Numbered from the stretch's first letter, positions 44,204-57,489 are shown. The stretch is DNA of 64,000 nt from the human T2T-CHM13v2.0 reference genome, Homo sapiens (GCF_009914755.1 NC_060929.1); one strand, 5' to 3'. Notes: generated from the sequence alone by a model not told the origin. A program made the numbers and translations.

Positions 44204-47200
44204 TACCTGAGAATGTGACTGTATTTGGAGATAGGGCCTTTAAAGAGGTAATTAGGTTAAATGAAGGCGTAGGGCTGAGCCCTCATCCAATCTGACTGGC
44301 GTTCTTGTGAGAAGAGAAAATGTGGATGTAGAGAGATGCCAGGGATGCACGCATGCAAAGAAAAGACACGGTGAGGACAGCGAAAAGACAGCCACCTGCA
44401 AGCCAAGGAGAGAGACCTGACACCTTGATCTTGGACTTCTCCCCACCAGTACCGTGAGAAGATAAACTTTGTTGTTTAAGTCACCCAGTCTGTGGTGTTT
44501 TTGTTATGACAACCCTAGCAAACTAATACATTGGTCAAGCAGGGGAGAAGAGTGACCAGCATGGTAAGACAGGAAATGCCTCTTGCTGTAGTAAGTTGAT
44601 TCTCAGGATAAACTGATAAGGGAGGCATGTTCTGCAATTAATGTTTGCCCAGGCTTGAAAGAAACAAAGTTCATGGATCTGTGGAGAGGAGAGATCTATG
44701 GTCTAGTCAAGGCCTAGGGTCTAGTCAAGGCAAAGCAGAGGATAAGAAATGGGCACTTGTGAACACTTGGTCAAGTGATTAGTCATGTGAGGAGTATGTA
44801 CTCTTGACACAATGTGATGAGCATGGCACATTACCTGTGTGGTCCTCCTCCCCACAACCCATAACTTCTGTCTAATTATGGAAAAAAAATCAGAGAAGTC
44901 TCAGTTGAGGATATTCTACAAAACATCTGGTTAGCAGTCCTTAATACTGTCGGTCATCAAAATCAAGAGAAGTCTGAGAAACTGTCATAGTCAACAGACG
45001 CCTAAGGAGAGATGGCTAATAAATGAGATGTGGTATCCTGGGCGGGGTCCTCGAGTAGAACAAGGCCATTAGGTTAAAACTAAGGAATTCTGATGGATGT
45101 TAGCCGATGGTAATGTATCGATATTAGTCACAATTGATATTGTGACAAATGAACCACAGTAAAGTAAGATATTAGAAACAGGTGGAATTGGGTGTGGAGT
45201 ATAGGGGAACTCTCTGTACTAGGTTCACAATGTTACTGTAAATCTAAATCTGTTCTCAAATTAAAAGTTGACTTTAAAATCCGTGACAACAAATAAAAAC
45301 AGTTAATGAATTGCAACAATCGACTATTTCAAATAAGATAGCACAAAGCCGTCATTAAAAAGTTCAAATCAGCCTTGAAATACCACTGTGTGTAATTATA
45401 AAACATGATTTAATTGCCACTTTAGAGGATCCTGACTTTGGTGTAAGGTAAAGTATATCTGCGTTTTGAATTCTGTGAAATTAATACCAAACTTTATGAA
45501 AGTAATATTTATTTGGTTTATGCAAAGTGGCAATCAATGTGTAGAGATTACAATGCTAAATCATGTGCGTTTTCTTCTAGATCATTTTTTTCTCCCAAGT
45601 CTGCAAACTTAACTTCATTTTGCCTGAATGGGATCACTGACATCCAGGCCCTTCACAGATTCTTAGTAACTGTGGTTTTCAGGGCTTTTTATAAGAGTCC
45701 CTTGCTGACCTCAATGCTAAATCTCTCTCCATATTCACCTTCCAATTGCCTTATCTGTTACTCTAATTTAGAAAGTAATTATGCATTCTTCCTCTTCCTC
45801 TACATGTAACACTAAATGCAATCCATCTGATAAGTATCTCACCTTTTCCCTATGTAAAATTCCAGTACAAACAAGTACAAAGTCTATTCCATATAACTGC
45901 TTTTTTTTTTGTATTTCACTCAGGAAAAATAAAAGTTACTTTTTTTTTCTGCCTCTGGTAGTGTTCCCTACATGTGCAAAGAAATGAATGCTGACTTTTT
46001 TTCTAAGTGCCAGGAAGCATTTTCTCATTGCGGTGTTTCCATTGATCAAAATACTTTTATGAACCATTGTCAAGTCAAGCGATCTCCCACTTAAGAAATC
46101 ATACTGCAAGGATACTGTAGAAAGAGCTTTTGTGCCTATAGACTTGAAAATTTTATCACAGTCTTCACTGGGCATTCGTATTTAATTCTGTCTTGCTTTG
46201 AATTAAAAAAAATCATTCTGCTTTCTTAAGGATAATCAAAAAGAAGCGGTAAAAAGAAGGCTGAGTAGGCAAAAGATAGTCGTTTGATTTTATTTGCTAT
46301 TTATTTATCGTAGTTGATGCTTGGTTCATCATTAAAATGATCATTGAAATCTGATTGATTAAAAAAATCTCGCAAGAATAACAATGTTACTCTTCAGTAC
46401 ACTTTGTTTATTGTTCGGTTTCTGCTGGCAAGTTTGAATCATTACAGTTATAGAATTATATTTTATTAGGTTTAGTAATTAGCCTTTTGGAAAATGAATA
46501 TTATATTTTAGTAGCTTGAAAATATGATCTGTATGTATGTATTGCATTTACAGTTTAATTAGGAAACTAATGAGATGTGATTGACAATCTGACTGGTGAG
46601 AAACTGGCACAATAAATTTCTATTAGAAGACTTGAGTTTTTTTCTTCCAGCTTTGTATTCATCTAACCTCAAAGTACAGGAATTATTATATCCAACACCT
46701 GCCATCCTGGCCTTTGGAAACCATACTGTTGGGAAAATACCAAACTAATTATAGCTCATATAAGGGAGAGGTGGCAGAATCAACTATTTGTGAGTTTACC
46801 TTAGAAGAGTAAACTATGGACAGATTGTGTGACTAATTAGATGAAAAAAACTAATAGAAAGTAAAACTTGATTGATGCATAGAGTAACATTGTTTATTTA
46901 GATGGGGTTCACATTTTTATAAATGTGTGTAGGGATATATAATATATAGATGTATATTTGTAATGTGTTACGCAGTATAGCTGGCGTGTGGAAGAGACAC
47001 ATTTCCAGTGTCATTAGTTTGCTTTGAAAATCAGAACCATTTGTCAACTTTCTAGGCAATTTACAAACTTGTTGATGTAATTATTCTCTGACACATATTA
47101 TTTCTTTTAGTACCAGTGTACTTCTCATGATTTATAGTGAATTCATATTTAAGGCATTTTCCACACTTACCTTCCAACTGTCTGAGTCTCGTTCCCACGA

Positions 47201-47489
47201 ACACCATAAATTCTAATGATAATCCTATCAAATGCAGAGCTTGAGATGACAGAGTGAATCACAACTTCCTTGGGTTGTTATAAATAAAACCAACATCCTA
47301 TTGTTAGATTTCATTTTGGTATTATTCAGCCAAGTTCCATTATTTATTAAAAAATATATTTTAAATCTAGCAAATATATGGCTGTAAGGTAATTTTTTCA
47401 TTTTCCTGCTGAAAGTCAGCAATCTTCTTTAGACAGTAAAGCCTGAATCAGAAATACGAGTAAATACATGAGTATTTACTTACTAATGC

Positions 47490-47730
47490 AATAAATAATG
47501 AAAAAAATAGTAATAAACACAGCTACAATATACTAGACATTGGGTTAAGTGGTTTAACATATTGTTTTCCATCCTCTTAATAATTCTGTGAGTTATTCTT
47601 GTCACCGCTTTAATAATTAAGGTTAGAGGCCCAGAAGTTTAATAATTTGCCCAAAGATACAAATATAATGAGTGCTGACCTTGGATTTGAACCTAGGTCA
47701 GCCTGACTCCAAAGTCATACCTTTTATTAC
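47490..47730 (-). mobile_element. MIR SINE
   Basis: 'gaggcccagaagtttaataatttgcccaaagatac...ggatttgaacctaggtcagcctgactccaaag'. Confidence 0.8.
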
Positions 47731-48029
47731 TTTTCTGGGCTAAAAATTAATTCCCTGTGAATCAATAAAACTTTCCATGTGAAAGAAGGGAAACTAATGA
47801 AAAGGGTGTGGAAATTAATTTGAAGTTAAATTAAACTCATCATTAAAAAAAATGTTGATTCATAGTTTCTGCAATACATAATCCAATACTGTGATTATTC
47901 TATAATACGTTTTTTTCCCAAAATGAAAAAGGGGTACATTTCTCCTCTTAAAGTTGACATGGAAAATTTAAATATCATGTATTAGAAAAAAAGCAGTGGT
48001 CAATTTTTTCGATTAGACACTAAATTTTT

Positions 48030-48136
48030 TATATATATATGTGTGTGTATATATAATTTTTATATAATATATAATATATAAATTGTATACATTGTATATA
48101 TTATATATAATTGTGTATATATATATATATATATAT
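48030..48136. repeat. (TA)n / AT-rich low-complexity tract
   Basis: Runs of TA with interspersed TG. Confidence 0.9.
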
Positions 48137-48889
48137 TAGTCGTACCAGTGGTGGAATTTTTTTGGATAGTGGTTGCTTTAGATCACTAGCTATTCAGGAT
48201 GAGGCAGGCAGATTGGAAGAGGAAGTAGCAGAGAAGTTCAGTTAAAGGAAGACTGAACTAACTGAAGATCAATCTACAATGAAGACTAAGAGCTCTGAGT
48301 AGATAATGTAAATCAATATAAAATATGATTGGACTGGGAAAGGTGTGATTTTTCAAGCTACTTTTTAGGAAACTGTCTATATCCATGAATTTCTTTCTAA
48401 GAATTTTGCAGGTGGCATGTTCTTGAACTACTCTGTGCATCTTGCCAATTTAAATCCTACATGTCCCAAACGTCATGTTGTATAAACTTTCATAACAAGT
48501 TTTCGGGTCCAACAAACGTGAGCACCTGTTATATGCAAAGTAAAAATCCTTTGCACAATATAATAATTGACAATCATTTAGCACAGTGACTGTTAGCCCA
48601 TGGTAAGTTACATTTATGCATCACCCAGTGTTGAGTAAATTATTGGAAATCTGAAAACAGATCATGTCAATACACTGGTGAGTGGTAAAATAGCCCAAAT
48701 GCCAGATGTTACAGAGGCCCTTCCCTACCTAGTCTTGGTGGATGCATGAGCTTAAGTTGTATCTCAGCTATAGTTTGAAAGATGATAGCGCTAAAGCACC
48801 CTTCATCTCTAACCTTTGCCTGGTTCTCCAACAGAAATTCATTTCAGACCTAATAGCCATTATTCAAGACAAGAATCTCTCAAAAAAAC

Positions 48890-49082
48890 TTTCAGAAAAT
48901 AGGCTTGGAGTTCTGGGTTTGACTCACTGTTTAACAATCGGCAGGCTTCAGTTTCTTCCTTTTTAATATAGGATTAATAATTGGACTTACCTTATAATTT
49001 AAAGTGAGAATTGAATGGGAGTACGTGAAATACTTGCAGCACTCAGTGCCTTGAATATCAATGTCCACAAAACTTATTATTA
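48890..49082 (+). mobile_element. MIR SINE
   Basis: 'cttcagtttcttcct...aataattggacttacc...gtgagaattgaatg...gtgaaatacttgcagcac'. Confidence 0.6.
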
Positions 49083-49900
49083 GGCTGTCTTTGAATAGTG
49101 TGACTGGTTTTTAGTGTTTAATGGAACAGACTGATTGATTGATTAGGTCAATGATTCACAAAGAAATAAGATTATCTGACCCCTTAACATATAAGAAACA
49201 CACACACTCATCTTATTTCGAATGTGAAATCTTAAAAGATATTAAATGAATTCAAATTCATGAGACCTCAATCTTTGACAAACCTTAGAAAACTGAGATC
49301 AGCTTATTCTTCATAAAATATGAAATATGAAATTCTTTCACATTTCAGTCTTTAATAGTATTGTAGAAGGCATTTTTCATGTTATTTAATCTGATTCTTG
49401 GAAAATTATATGATGTCCATAGTTCCCTTTTGGCGATAGTTAAGGCGTTGAGTGAAAAAGTAGGGATACATGAATATAACATGTCTATTCCAAATATCAG
49501 GATCGTAAAACCATGAGAACACTAAGCAACTAACGAAAAGATATGAAAAGCACATTTTCCTTCCATTTAAAGTCTGTTTGCATGCACTATGATTTTTATA
49601 ACTCCAGAAAAAATGTACATGTTTCCATGTTTTCATGCTATTCAAAAGCTGAAAATCATAAAAGAATGGGAGTTAGATACACTCCTCTCTAGTAAGGCAT
49701 CTTTATCAGGGGCAGATTATTGTTCTGGGTTCTGTCTATGGATGGACCAAGGATCCATATGCTGTTTTAAATTGTATGGATATTTGATGGATTTGTATAC
49801 ATGTATATTTTGTACTTTTCAGCTTTTACCATGTTTTGAGAGAGTATAACTTTAGCACTTAAGCATAACTGTTATAAAGAATCTTCCTACAATGTAAGTA

Positions 49901-49945
49901 CTGAAAGTAATGGCAAAAACTGCAATTACGTTTGCACCAACCTAA
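49901..49945. mobile_element. Half MADE1 (solo Hsmar1 terminal inverted repeat)
   Basis: 'gaaagtaatggcaaaaactgcaattacgtttgcaccaacctaa' followed by TA. Confidence 0.9.
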
Positions 49946-50546
49946 TAATTGAGATTGTTTGCCAAAATTCTTTCTCCTGTGATTTCATTTCTTCAGATCC
50001 ATAATATCCTTCTATAATCCCTTTCAAATTCAAAACTTCTGGATCATTTCACTGTAAGTAATTCACAAATATCTCTCAAGTTTTCTCTCAAGCATCATCA
50101 AGGAGCTAAGCATTACTAACTGGAGCAGACCCAATTGTTCAAAAACTCGATAGCTCCTCTTGTTTTTCATACATGCATTCTTCATTGTTATTAATGAAAA
50201 AACTAAATGATTCATGGTAGTGTTTCTCACACACTTCTTAAAAGAGTTTCTCTTTCTTTAGTTGTGATGATTATTCATTTATCCCATAATAAAATGGGAT
50301 GACGGCGTAAAGATGAAGTTTTATTAACAACACTGGAATTGCTTGAAGTAGATTCGTTATGCTGAAGGCCAAATTAAAACGAATTTACTTTTTCAGGTGG
50401 ATGACTTTTTAAACAAAAGAAATACATATTTGTTACACATTTTTCTGAACAATTCAAGCTATACAGGGATTAAATATGGGTTAGAGCAGACAGAATGGGT
50501 TACCTGAATGAAATAGGGATTAGTTCAAATACTAGTCTGGATGTGC

Positions 50547-50975
50547 TGTATTAGTTGGCTCTTGCTCTTGCTAGTCACCCAAAACTTAGTGTCCTTTTTT
50601 CCCCTTACAATTGTATACATCGGTTGGTTGCTTCTGTGGATCTGCTTGTCATGGCTGAGAAACTTGGGCTTGCTCGTTTATCTGTGGTCACTTGGTCGAT
50701 CAGTCAGAAGCTGACTGGTCTTGGATAATGTCAGCTGGGATGACTCTGTTCCGTCCCACACAGCTTCCCATCCTCTAGTAGGCTAACACAGACATGATCT
50801 TATGGCAATAGCAGGTATCCCAAAGAAATATAAATATGCAAGAGCTTTGTGAAACCTCTGCTGGCATCGGTTCTTTTTATGGCTCAATTGACTGGAGCAA
50901 TTTACATGGTCAAACTAGTTTCAATGTGGAGAGCTCATTAATTGAAGTCATCAATGCAATTAAATTATACCAATC
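50547..50975 (-). mobile_element. MLT1H-like MaLR LTR
   Basis: 'tgtattagtt...cacccaaaacttagtg...tcagctgggatgact...catcctctagtaggcta...ttacatggtcaaac'. Confidence 0.7.
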
Positions 50976-51385
50976 AAGTTAATGCTATTGCAACCACGTT
51001 AGCATTAGCAACAATATCAGAGAAATTGACCCACACTACAGATATTTATCTCTCTGCTGTCATAGTCACTCATGGATACCTGATGAAGGATGCATCTCAA
51101 TTCAAGACAATACAAGTAACTGGCTTTTTTAATGATTGGAAACAAATTTCTCTCTGTGTGGTTAAATGGATTATGGTTTTTATATATATATATATAATAT
51201 ATATTTCATTGAACACTATGTAGCTATAAAAAGTAATTAGGAAGCAGTGTGCCGACATCCAAATATATGTTGGATATATATTTTTAGGAAGATGCATAAA
51301 AGGATGAATATGTTAGTACTGGCATAAGAACAAAGAGGAAAAAGAATATACAGACACACATGCATAGTATAGAGGCTTGTGCACA

Positions 51386-51536
51386 AGTCTCTGAGAATCT
51401 TAAGAGAAAAGAAGGAAAAATATTGATATAGATATAACTTGCAAGAAACCTATTAGAAAAAGAAGTCTTTTCAGAGAATATCTTTTTATGCTTTTTGAAG
51501 TTTGAACCACGTAGTATTATTGATAAATAAATACAT
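51386..51536 (+). repeat. Local duplication B, copy 1 (~150 bp, within an L1ME-like 3' tail)
   Basis: Direct match to 53918-54066 including 49 identical bp (51462-51510). Confidence 0.9.
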
Positions 51537-51629
51537 TATTAAATAAATTATTAAAACAACAATAATCACAAAAAGTAAAAACAAAAAGGCATGTAGTATT
51601 ACCAGGTATCTGTACTCTCTTACTGGTCT

Positions 51630-51810
51630 ACCTCTTGCTGGTTATGAAAACTCAGTCAATTTTAATGAACTACATGAGCTAGGGTTTTTCTTTCCAGAAG
51701 TTAAGGATAGCAGTACCTCGCCCACATAATTGGTGTGCAATTTAAATGGGAGAATCCTTATAATGCACTTAACTGGTGTTTGACACATAGTAACTGCTTA
51801 ATAAGATTTC
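51630..51810 (+). mobile_element. MIR SINE
   Basis: 'gcagtacctcgcccacataattggtgtg...aatgcacttaactggtgtttgacacatagtaactgcttaataa'. Confidence 0.65.
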
Positions 51811-52444
51811 AGTATATTTTTTCTGTCAGCACTATTTCATTATTTAATCATAGGAAACGTACTGCAAAGGAGCTAAGGTACAAGTCAAACTGGATTTCCA
51901 CTGGAAATGTTTTGCTAGGTCATTTTGTCTTTCTCTGTTTTATTAATGTCTCACTTTTAATATAATCTTTGCTCTCTTTCTAGCCTCTTCCCATTTTTAC
52001 ATTACTGAAAGGTCAAAATCAACAATTAAAATATCAAATATACAGTAACCATGTTAATACCATACTAGAAGTCTCAGTTATTCCTTTCATACGTTGGTTG
52101 CGTGAAACAAATGAAATTACATCATTGATGAGAAACTTCTCCTCATAGAAAATCAGTAAGATGATGTGTAAGTTCCCCAGTGAAAAGAACTGTTTTTTTT
52201 TTTTAAATTTGTTTGTCTGTTTGTTTTAGGCCTTAGTGGTGTCAGATGTTGCAAATGTTAGATAATAATGTGATCTCCTTCACTGAAGAGACGTTCTTAA
52301 GTTTTTATTTAAGCAGACACATCGAGTTTTTATCTTAAAGCCAGTGCTTTGGGGATCTTGTTTAATTAATCTAGAGAAGGTTTTGTTTTTTGTGGTTGTT
52401 GTTTTGTTTTAAATAACAGAAATACCTACCTTTTCTCTCCACTC

Positions 52445-52670
52445 AAACAATTGAACATGGATTGAATACTATTGACATCAAGGAATTAATGTAATATCAG
52501 TGTGATATCCAAGAAAATATTTATATTTTTGGAGATACCAAATTTAAATACCAATTTATTTTTAGCTTTTCAAAGTTTTATGGGGAAAGGGCAAAAATTC
52601 CATGACTAGGATTTGCTTAAATTAATACTATTTCAACTCAACCACAAACAAAACAAAAAACATCAGAAAA
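52445..52670 (+). mobile_element. L1MC4/5-like 3' fragment
   Basis: 'ttgaacatggattgaatactattgacatcaaggaatta', 'ggatttgcttaaattaatac'. Confidence 0.5.
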
Positions 52671-52675
52671 ATAAG

Positions 52676-53040
52676 TGTCTCCATCCATTGGGCTGCTATA
52701 AAGATACTATTATAGACTAGGTAGCTTATAAACAACAGAAATTTTTTTCTCACAGTTCTGAAGTCCAGAAAGTTCAAGATCAAGGCTCCAGTGGATTTGG
52801 TATCTGGTGAGGGTCGGTTTGCTGGCTCCCAAGTGACGCCTTCTCATGGTATCGTCATGTGGTGGAAGGGGCAAGGGAGCTCTCTGTGGTCTTTTATGGG
52901 GGCACTAATCCCAATCATAAAGGCTCTACCCTCATCATCTAATCACACTCCAAAGGCCCCACTTCCTAGTAATATGACCATGGGGGTCAACATTTCAACA
53001 TATGAATATTAGACAGACTCAAACATTCAAACCGTAGTCA
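52676..53040 (-). mobile_element. MLT1A MaLR solo LTR
   Basis: 'gggctgctataa...gcttataaacaacagaaattt...ctcacagttctg...catttcaacatatgaat...aaacattcaaaccgtagtca'. Confidence 0.9.
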
Positions 53041-53399
53041 TAGGTGTGCCAAATTATTGATATTTGTTGAATCCAGGTGACATATTTGTTACTTTGTAAT
53101 TCTGAGATTATTTAAACATTGTCATAATATCTTGTGTTTTTTTTAATCTAGAAGAATTCTATACTCAGATTACTTCACAAGTATCATCCTCCCTTGACCT
53201 TCAAAAAACTCAACTCTGAAATTTTACCCAGTGTTTTAGGGATGTGATATGTACAAGAAAGCCATCTTTAGAGCACTTGTCATATAAGCCCACTGAAAGG
53301 AAAAGCTTGGTTCTACATTAGCCAGTTGGCAGAAGAGTGTACATTTATTTACTTCATGTTCAAGTAAAATAATTAAAAAAAAAACACAAGCTAAATTTT

Positions 53400-53700
53400 A
53401 GCTTTATTGAACTTATTTCAGTTTTTCAAAAATGCCTTTTCTTTGGCCTCTGTGCCTTTATACACCTTGTACTCTCTGCCAGAATATGCTGGATTTGACT
53501 GGGTCCTATCACAGCTTATTCACACATCCTTCATCAGAACTTCCCTAACTACACTTTCTATACCCAGAACACAAATGTCTCATATATTCGTTCGATAATG
53601 GCACTTATGTTTTATTATTACTACTCATTAAATCACCAGCACATCTTGTGCTTAACAAATATTTGTTGAATGGATGAATAAGTGAGTTAATGTAGAAATG
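53400..53700 (+). mobile_element. L2 3' fragment
   Basis: 'gcctctgtgcctttatac...gtgcttaacaaatatttgttgaatggatgaat'. Confidence 0.65.
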
Positions 53701-53917
53701 AATACTTGCCTCTAATGTCTGAGAAATGCAAGGGGCAAGGTTGTATCTCTTTGTATTCCAATGTTCAATGCTTTCAAGAATACAGAATCATTTAAAAAAT
53801 ATCAGAGATCAAATCTTGACTTCTAAAACATAACTACACTCATCTAAAATCTGAACTAATCAACGAAGCAGCCACATCATAATGGAGTGCTATAGCTATG
53901 GTTAGAGCTGTATGCAT

Positions 53918-54066
53918 AGTCTCTAGAGATCTTAAGACAAAAACGGAAAAATATTGATACGGATATCACTTGGAAGAAAGCTAGTAGAAAAGGAAGTCTT
54001 TTCAGAGAATATCTTTTTATGCTTTTTGAAGTTTGAACCACATAGTAGTATTATTGATAAATACAT
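53918..54066 (+). repeat. Local duplication B, copy 2
   Basis: Direct match to 51386-51536 including 49 identical bp (53993-54041). Confidence 0.9.
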
Positions 54067-55516
54067 AAGTAAACAAATACTTATGGCTAAGAAACCAATG
54101 CTTTAGTTTTGTGCTTGAGCCTCAGTTCTCAAACTTTCTGAAGACTCAAGAAAGTCTTCCACATACAGATCTGCTATACTCACTCATACATCCTGGTCTC
54201 CAACATTTTTTTTTTTTCATGTTGAACTTCCATGTCCTACAAAGAACGTCTCTGGGTCAGACAGAATTAATTATTCTGGTTCTTCCTTTTTAGAGTAAAC
54301 AATGAGAAAAAGGCAAATATGGAGGTAATTATCCAATACTTGCAGCTGAAGACATTTCAAGTACACTGTTATTTATCTTGTTAAGAGGAGAAGGAACATG
54401 GATATAAACAAGGAAAAGAATTTTATACTTTAAAAAACGACGAGAATGCCATGTGGAGTGTAAACTAAGAAACTTCAATAAATAACCAACAGTGCATATC
54501 TGTCAGGGGAGAATTCATTGCTTATTAATCACAAACTGGGTTTTATAATGGTGTATTACTTGTTTCAAAGTTCTGTTTTTCCAACCCCCAAGTTAGCAGT
54601 GTCTTTTCCTAATTAAATTGGATTTCTTCCAATATGCCTCAGAATAGTCACCAAGATTTATTCTTCTTCTTTTTTCCGTGTGGCAAGAGTAATATAAATA
54701 GCAGGTGTAAAGATTTTCCTTCAACCATCCTTAAAATTTTAACTGAAGGGTTCCTCCCTGTATTAATGTATTCCAGCCAGTTGACAAGATAATGCTCCAC
54801 TGATGTTGTATATCTAATCTAACCTTTTGTCTTTGTCAGGAAAAGAAAGATTTTTCTTGGAGATAGCTGAGTGCAAAAGAATGCAGTTTGTCACTTTAAT
54901 AGTAGGTCCGGGAGTTGTGGCATGGTTTGTGCTATATTTTGGCACAGGCACATGCCATTAAAAATGAAGTGGCTCCTTTATAAAGTAATAAGAACACAAA
55001 CTAAATTTGTGTTCCTAAATATGAATGGAGAAAGCAAATAAAAGTTTGAATTCAAACAAAAAGTCCCAACTTGCAATGTTGTTAGGTTTTTCACAGTAGT
55101 TTGTTTGATTGGTTATTTTTCATTAGTCATGGGAAAAATTAAAACTATCCTGGAATTTTATGTCATCAATGGTAGAATCAGCTGTCATTTGTCCTTAAAA
55201 ATGCTTGGCATGTTCCTCTGATTAGTAATAACTCTTAATATTCTAATCTTATTTCTTATTTTAATTGGAAATTCCCTAGTTATAAGTTCAGTTACAAGTT
55301 CAAGAAAATCACTTTTATTTTAATTTTTTTATGTCTCTGGAAAAACAGGGAATAACTGCCCTTTAAAACTGAATGAGAATTAGTAGGAAAAATCTCTACT
55401 CTTTAAAAAAAATTAATTTTGTCAAAGAACAAATACTAAAAGTTTATTATTTTTCAGAACTATATTTTCCCTCAATCCTGATTCCCCTTAACATAACTTC
55501 AAAATATTCTTTCTTA

Positions 55517-55660
55517 AAAAACTGTTGGGTATCATGCTCAGTACCTGGATGATGAAATAATCTGTACACCAAACCCTGAGTCACAAGTTTACCTATACAA
55601 CAAACCCGCACACACACCCCTAAACCTGAAATAAAAGTTGAAATACTTAAAAAGAAAATC
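55517..55660 (+). mobile_element. Short old L1PA (L1PA13-16/PREC-like) 3' end
   Basis: 'ttgggtatcatgctcagtacctggatgatgaaataatctgtacaccaaaccc...aacctgaaataaaagttgaaa'. Confidence 0.85.
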
Positions 55661-57489
55661 ACAAGTTAGACAAAAAGTTAAACTCTTTAAATTATGATAA
55701 ATATAGCATCTTAATAACTCTAATTATAAAAAACCAAAATATTATTCCATTTGTCTTATTTACTTATCAATTCTATAAAAGTAAAATGCTGTGTTTCATA
55801 AATGTAATGTTATTTGAACGGAGTTATCGGAATTTTAAAGTATTTTTCTTAAGTTGTTTAAGAGTACAGTTGAAATTGTATCTTTAAACTAGTGTATCAT
55901 TTACTTTTACAGCAATTAGTCATTTTACAACTGTCATTGAAAATTAAGTCATGACCTATTTTTAACAAGCAGGAAAATCACCTGACGTGGCATCTATCTA
56001 GAAAAGGTCTACATAATTGTTAGGAACATAAATATATATCAATTACTCATAGTTATTCTCTATAGCATACCTAAGTAGGTAATAACACAAAGAATTCTAG
56101 TAATTCTAGCTTTGCGTTGTACTTGATTTTAAAATGATCGTTATTTTACCGTAACTTATTTCAGTGGTTAGACTCTCCCACTCCCTTTTCTTTTAATTTT
56201 ATTGTCACAGATGCTAAAACTTAGAACTAAAAAAAAGATTTTATCATTCAAGAAAATAAATAAAAATTTCATTATTCTTTAAGTGATGTAATCATTTAAG
56301 AATATTTATAAACTGTTTTCTCCAATGAAAGCATTTTTTTTGCCAAAGTTAAACGTTTAGATGTTGTTATTAAAAATAAACCACCATCATTGAATCATGT
56401 GAAATAAGATTTATGAAAACATGATCTAAAGTCTGATTTCTATCATCATATAATCAGCTTTGGAACATAACGCATCTTGTAATGTGTTAAGTTCTAAAAT
56501 ATAAATATTAGGAATCTGTTTATAATCACCAAATTCCTGTGAACCTGGAATGGAAGAACTGCTCTGTTCATTTGAGTGTTCTCATTAAAACAAAATTATT
56601 CTTCTAACTATTAGAATACTATAAAATATAAAATATGCCACATTGACTTTCATTTCTTTGATACTTCAAATTATAATTTTAGGCTTATGTTCCTGAATAT
56701 TTTTACTCTAAAATTGCTGCTCAGTTTTCCAGTTGTTGGCATCCTAGATAAATAGAACATTGCTCATGTGAATAGTAATTCCATGGTTATTATGGATATC
56801 AAAAGTTGATAAAGCAATACAGTCTTAGGAGATGGTAGAAACTTTATGAATCATCTAGGCAACTACTACTGTTAAAATGACCCACTTTAAAATATCCTCA
56901 CTGGTCTGCCAGCCAAAACGCCCCAATACTTCAAGTGATAGGGCTCTGTGTCCTAAGGCAGCCCAGTATATCATTGCAGCTCAGGTTACTAGAAGTTTCT
57001 TTCTAATAACATGCAAATATCTTTCTCCTTGTGGTTTCCACGTAGTCATCCTCCCATATTCTCTTTTTACAGACCACTTCCTGCCTAATCCTTCATGTGT
57101 CAGGACTTCCTTCATGCCATCTCAGTCATTGTCCCCACCACTGTGACAAGGATGTGTAAGCTTCACCATTCTCCAGAAGGAGATATGGAAAAGCAGAGAT
57201 GGTAAATTAATGGATCAAACCACACGGATGTGATTATACTCATCAGTTTAATTTCAAATCAAATCTTCTTTTCAAGACACTTGTATGCTTCCTTTTTCTT
57301 CTTTGAATAGTCTTGAGAAGTTCCCCCAAGTTTCTAGATTTAGGACTCAATGGGTTTTATGACATGATTTGGGTTTCCTTACCACCTTGGGCAAATTCCT
57401 CCAAGAATTTCTTTTGATCCTTTGCTCAAATTTTATCCTCTTCTTTCCTGCCTCCCTCCTTTTATACATCCCTCCAACCTGCCTATAGT

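Noticed and set aside
49901-49947. miR-548-type hairpin
   Set aside because: Only one MADE1 arm is present, so the stem-loop cannot form.
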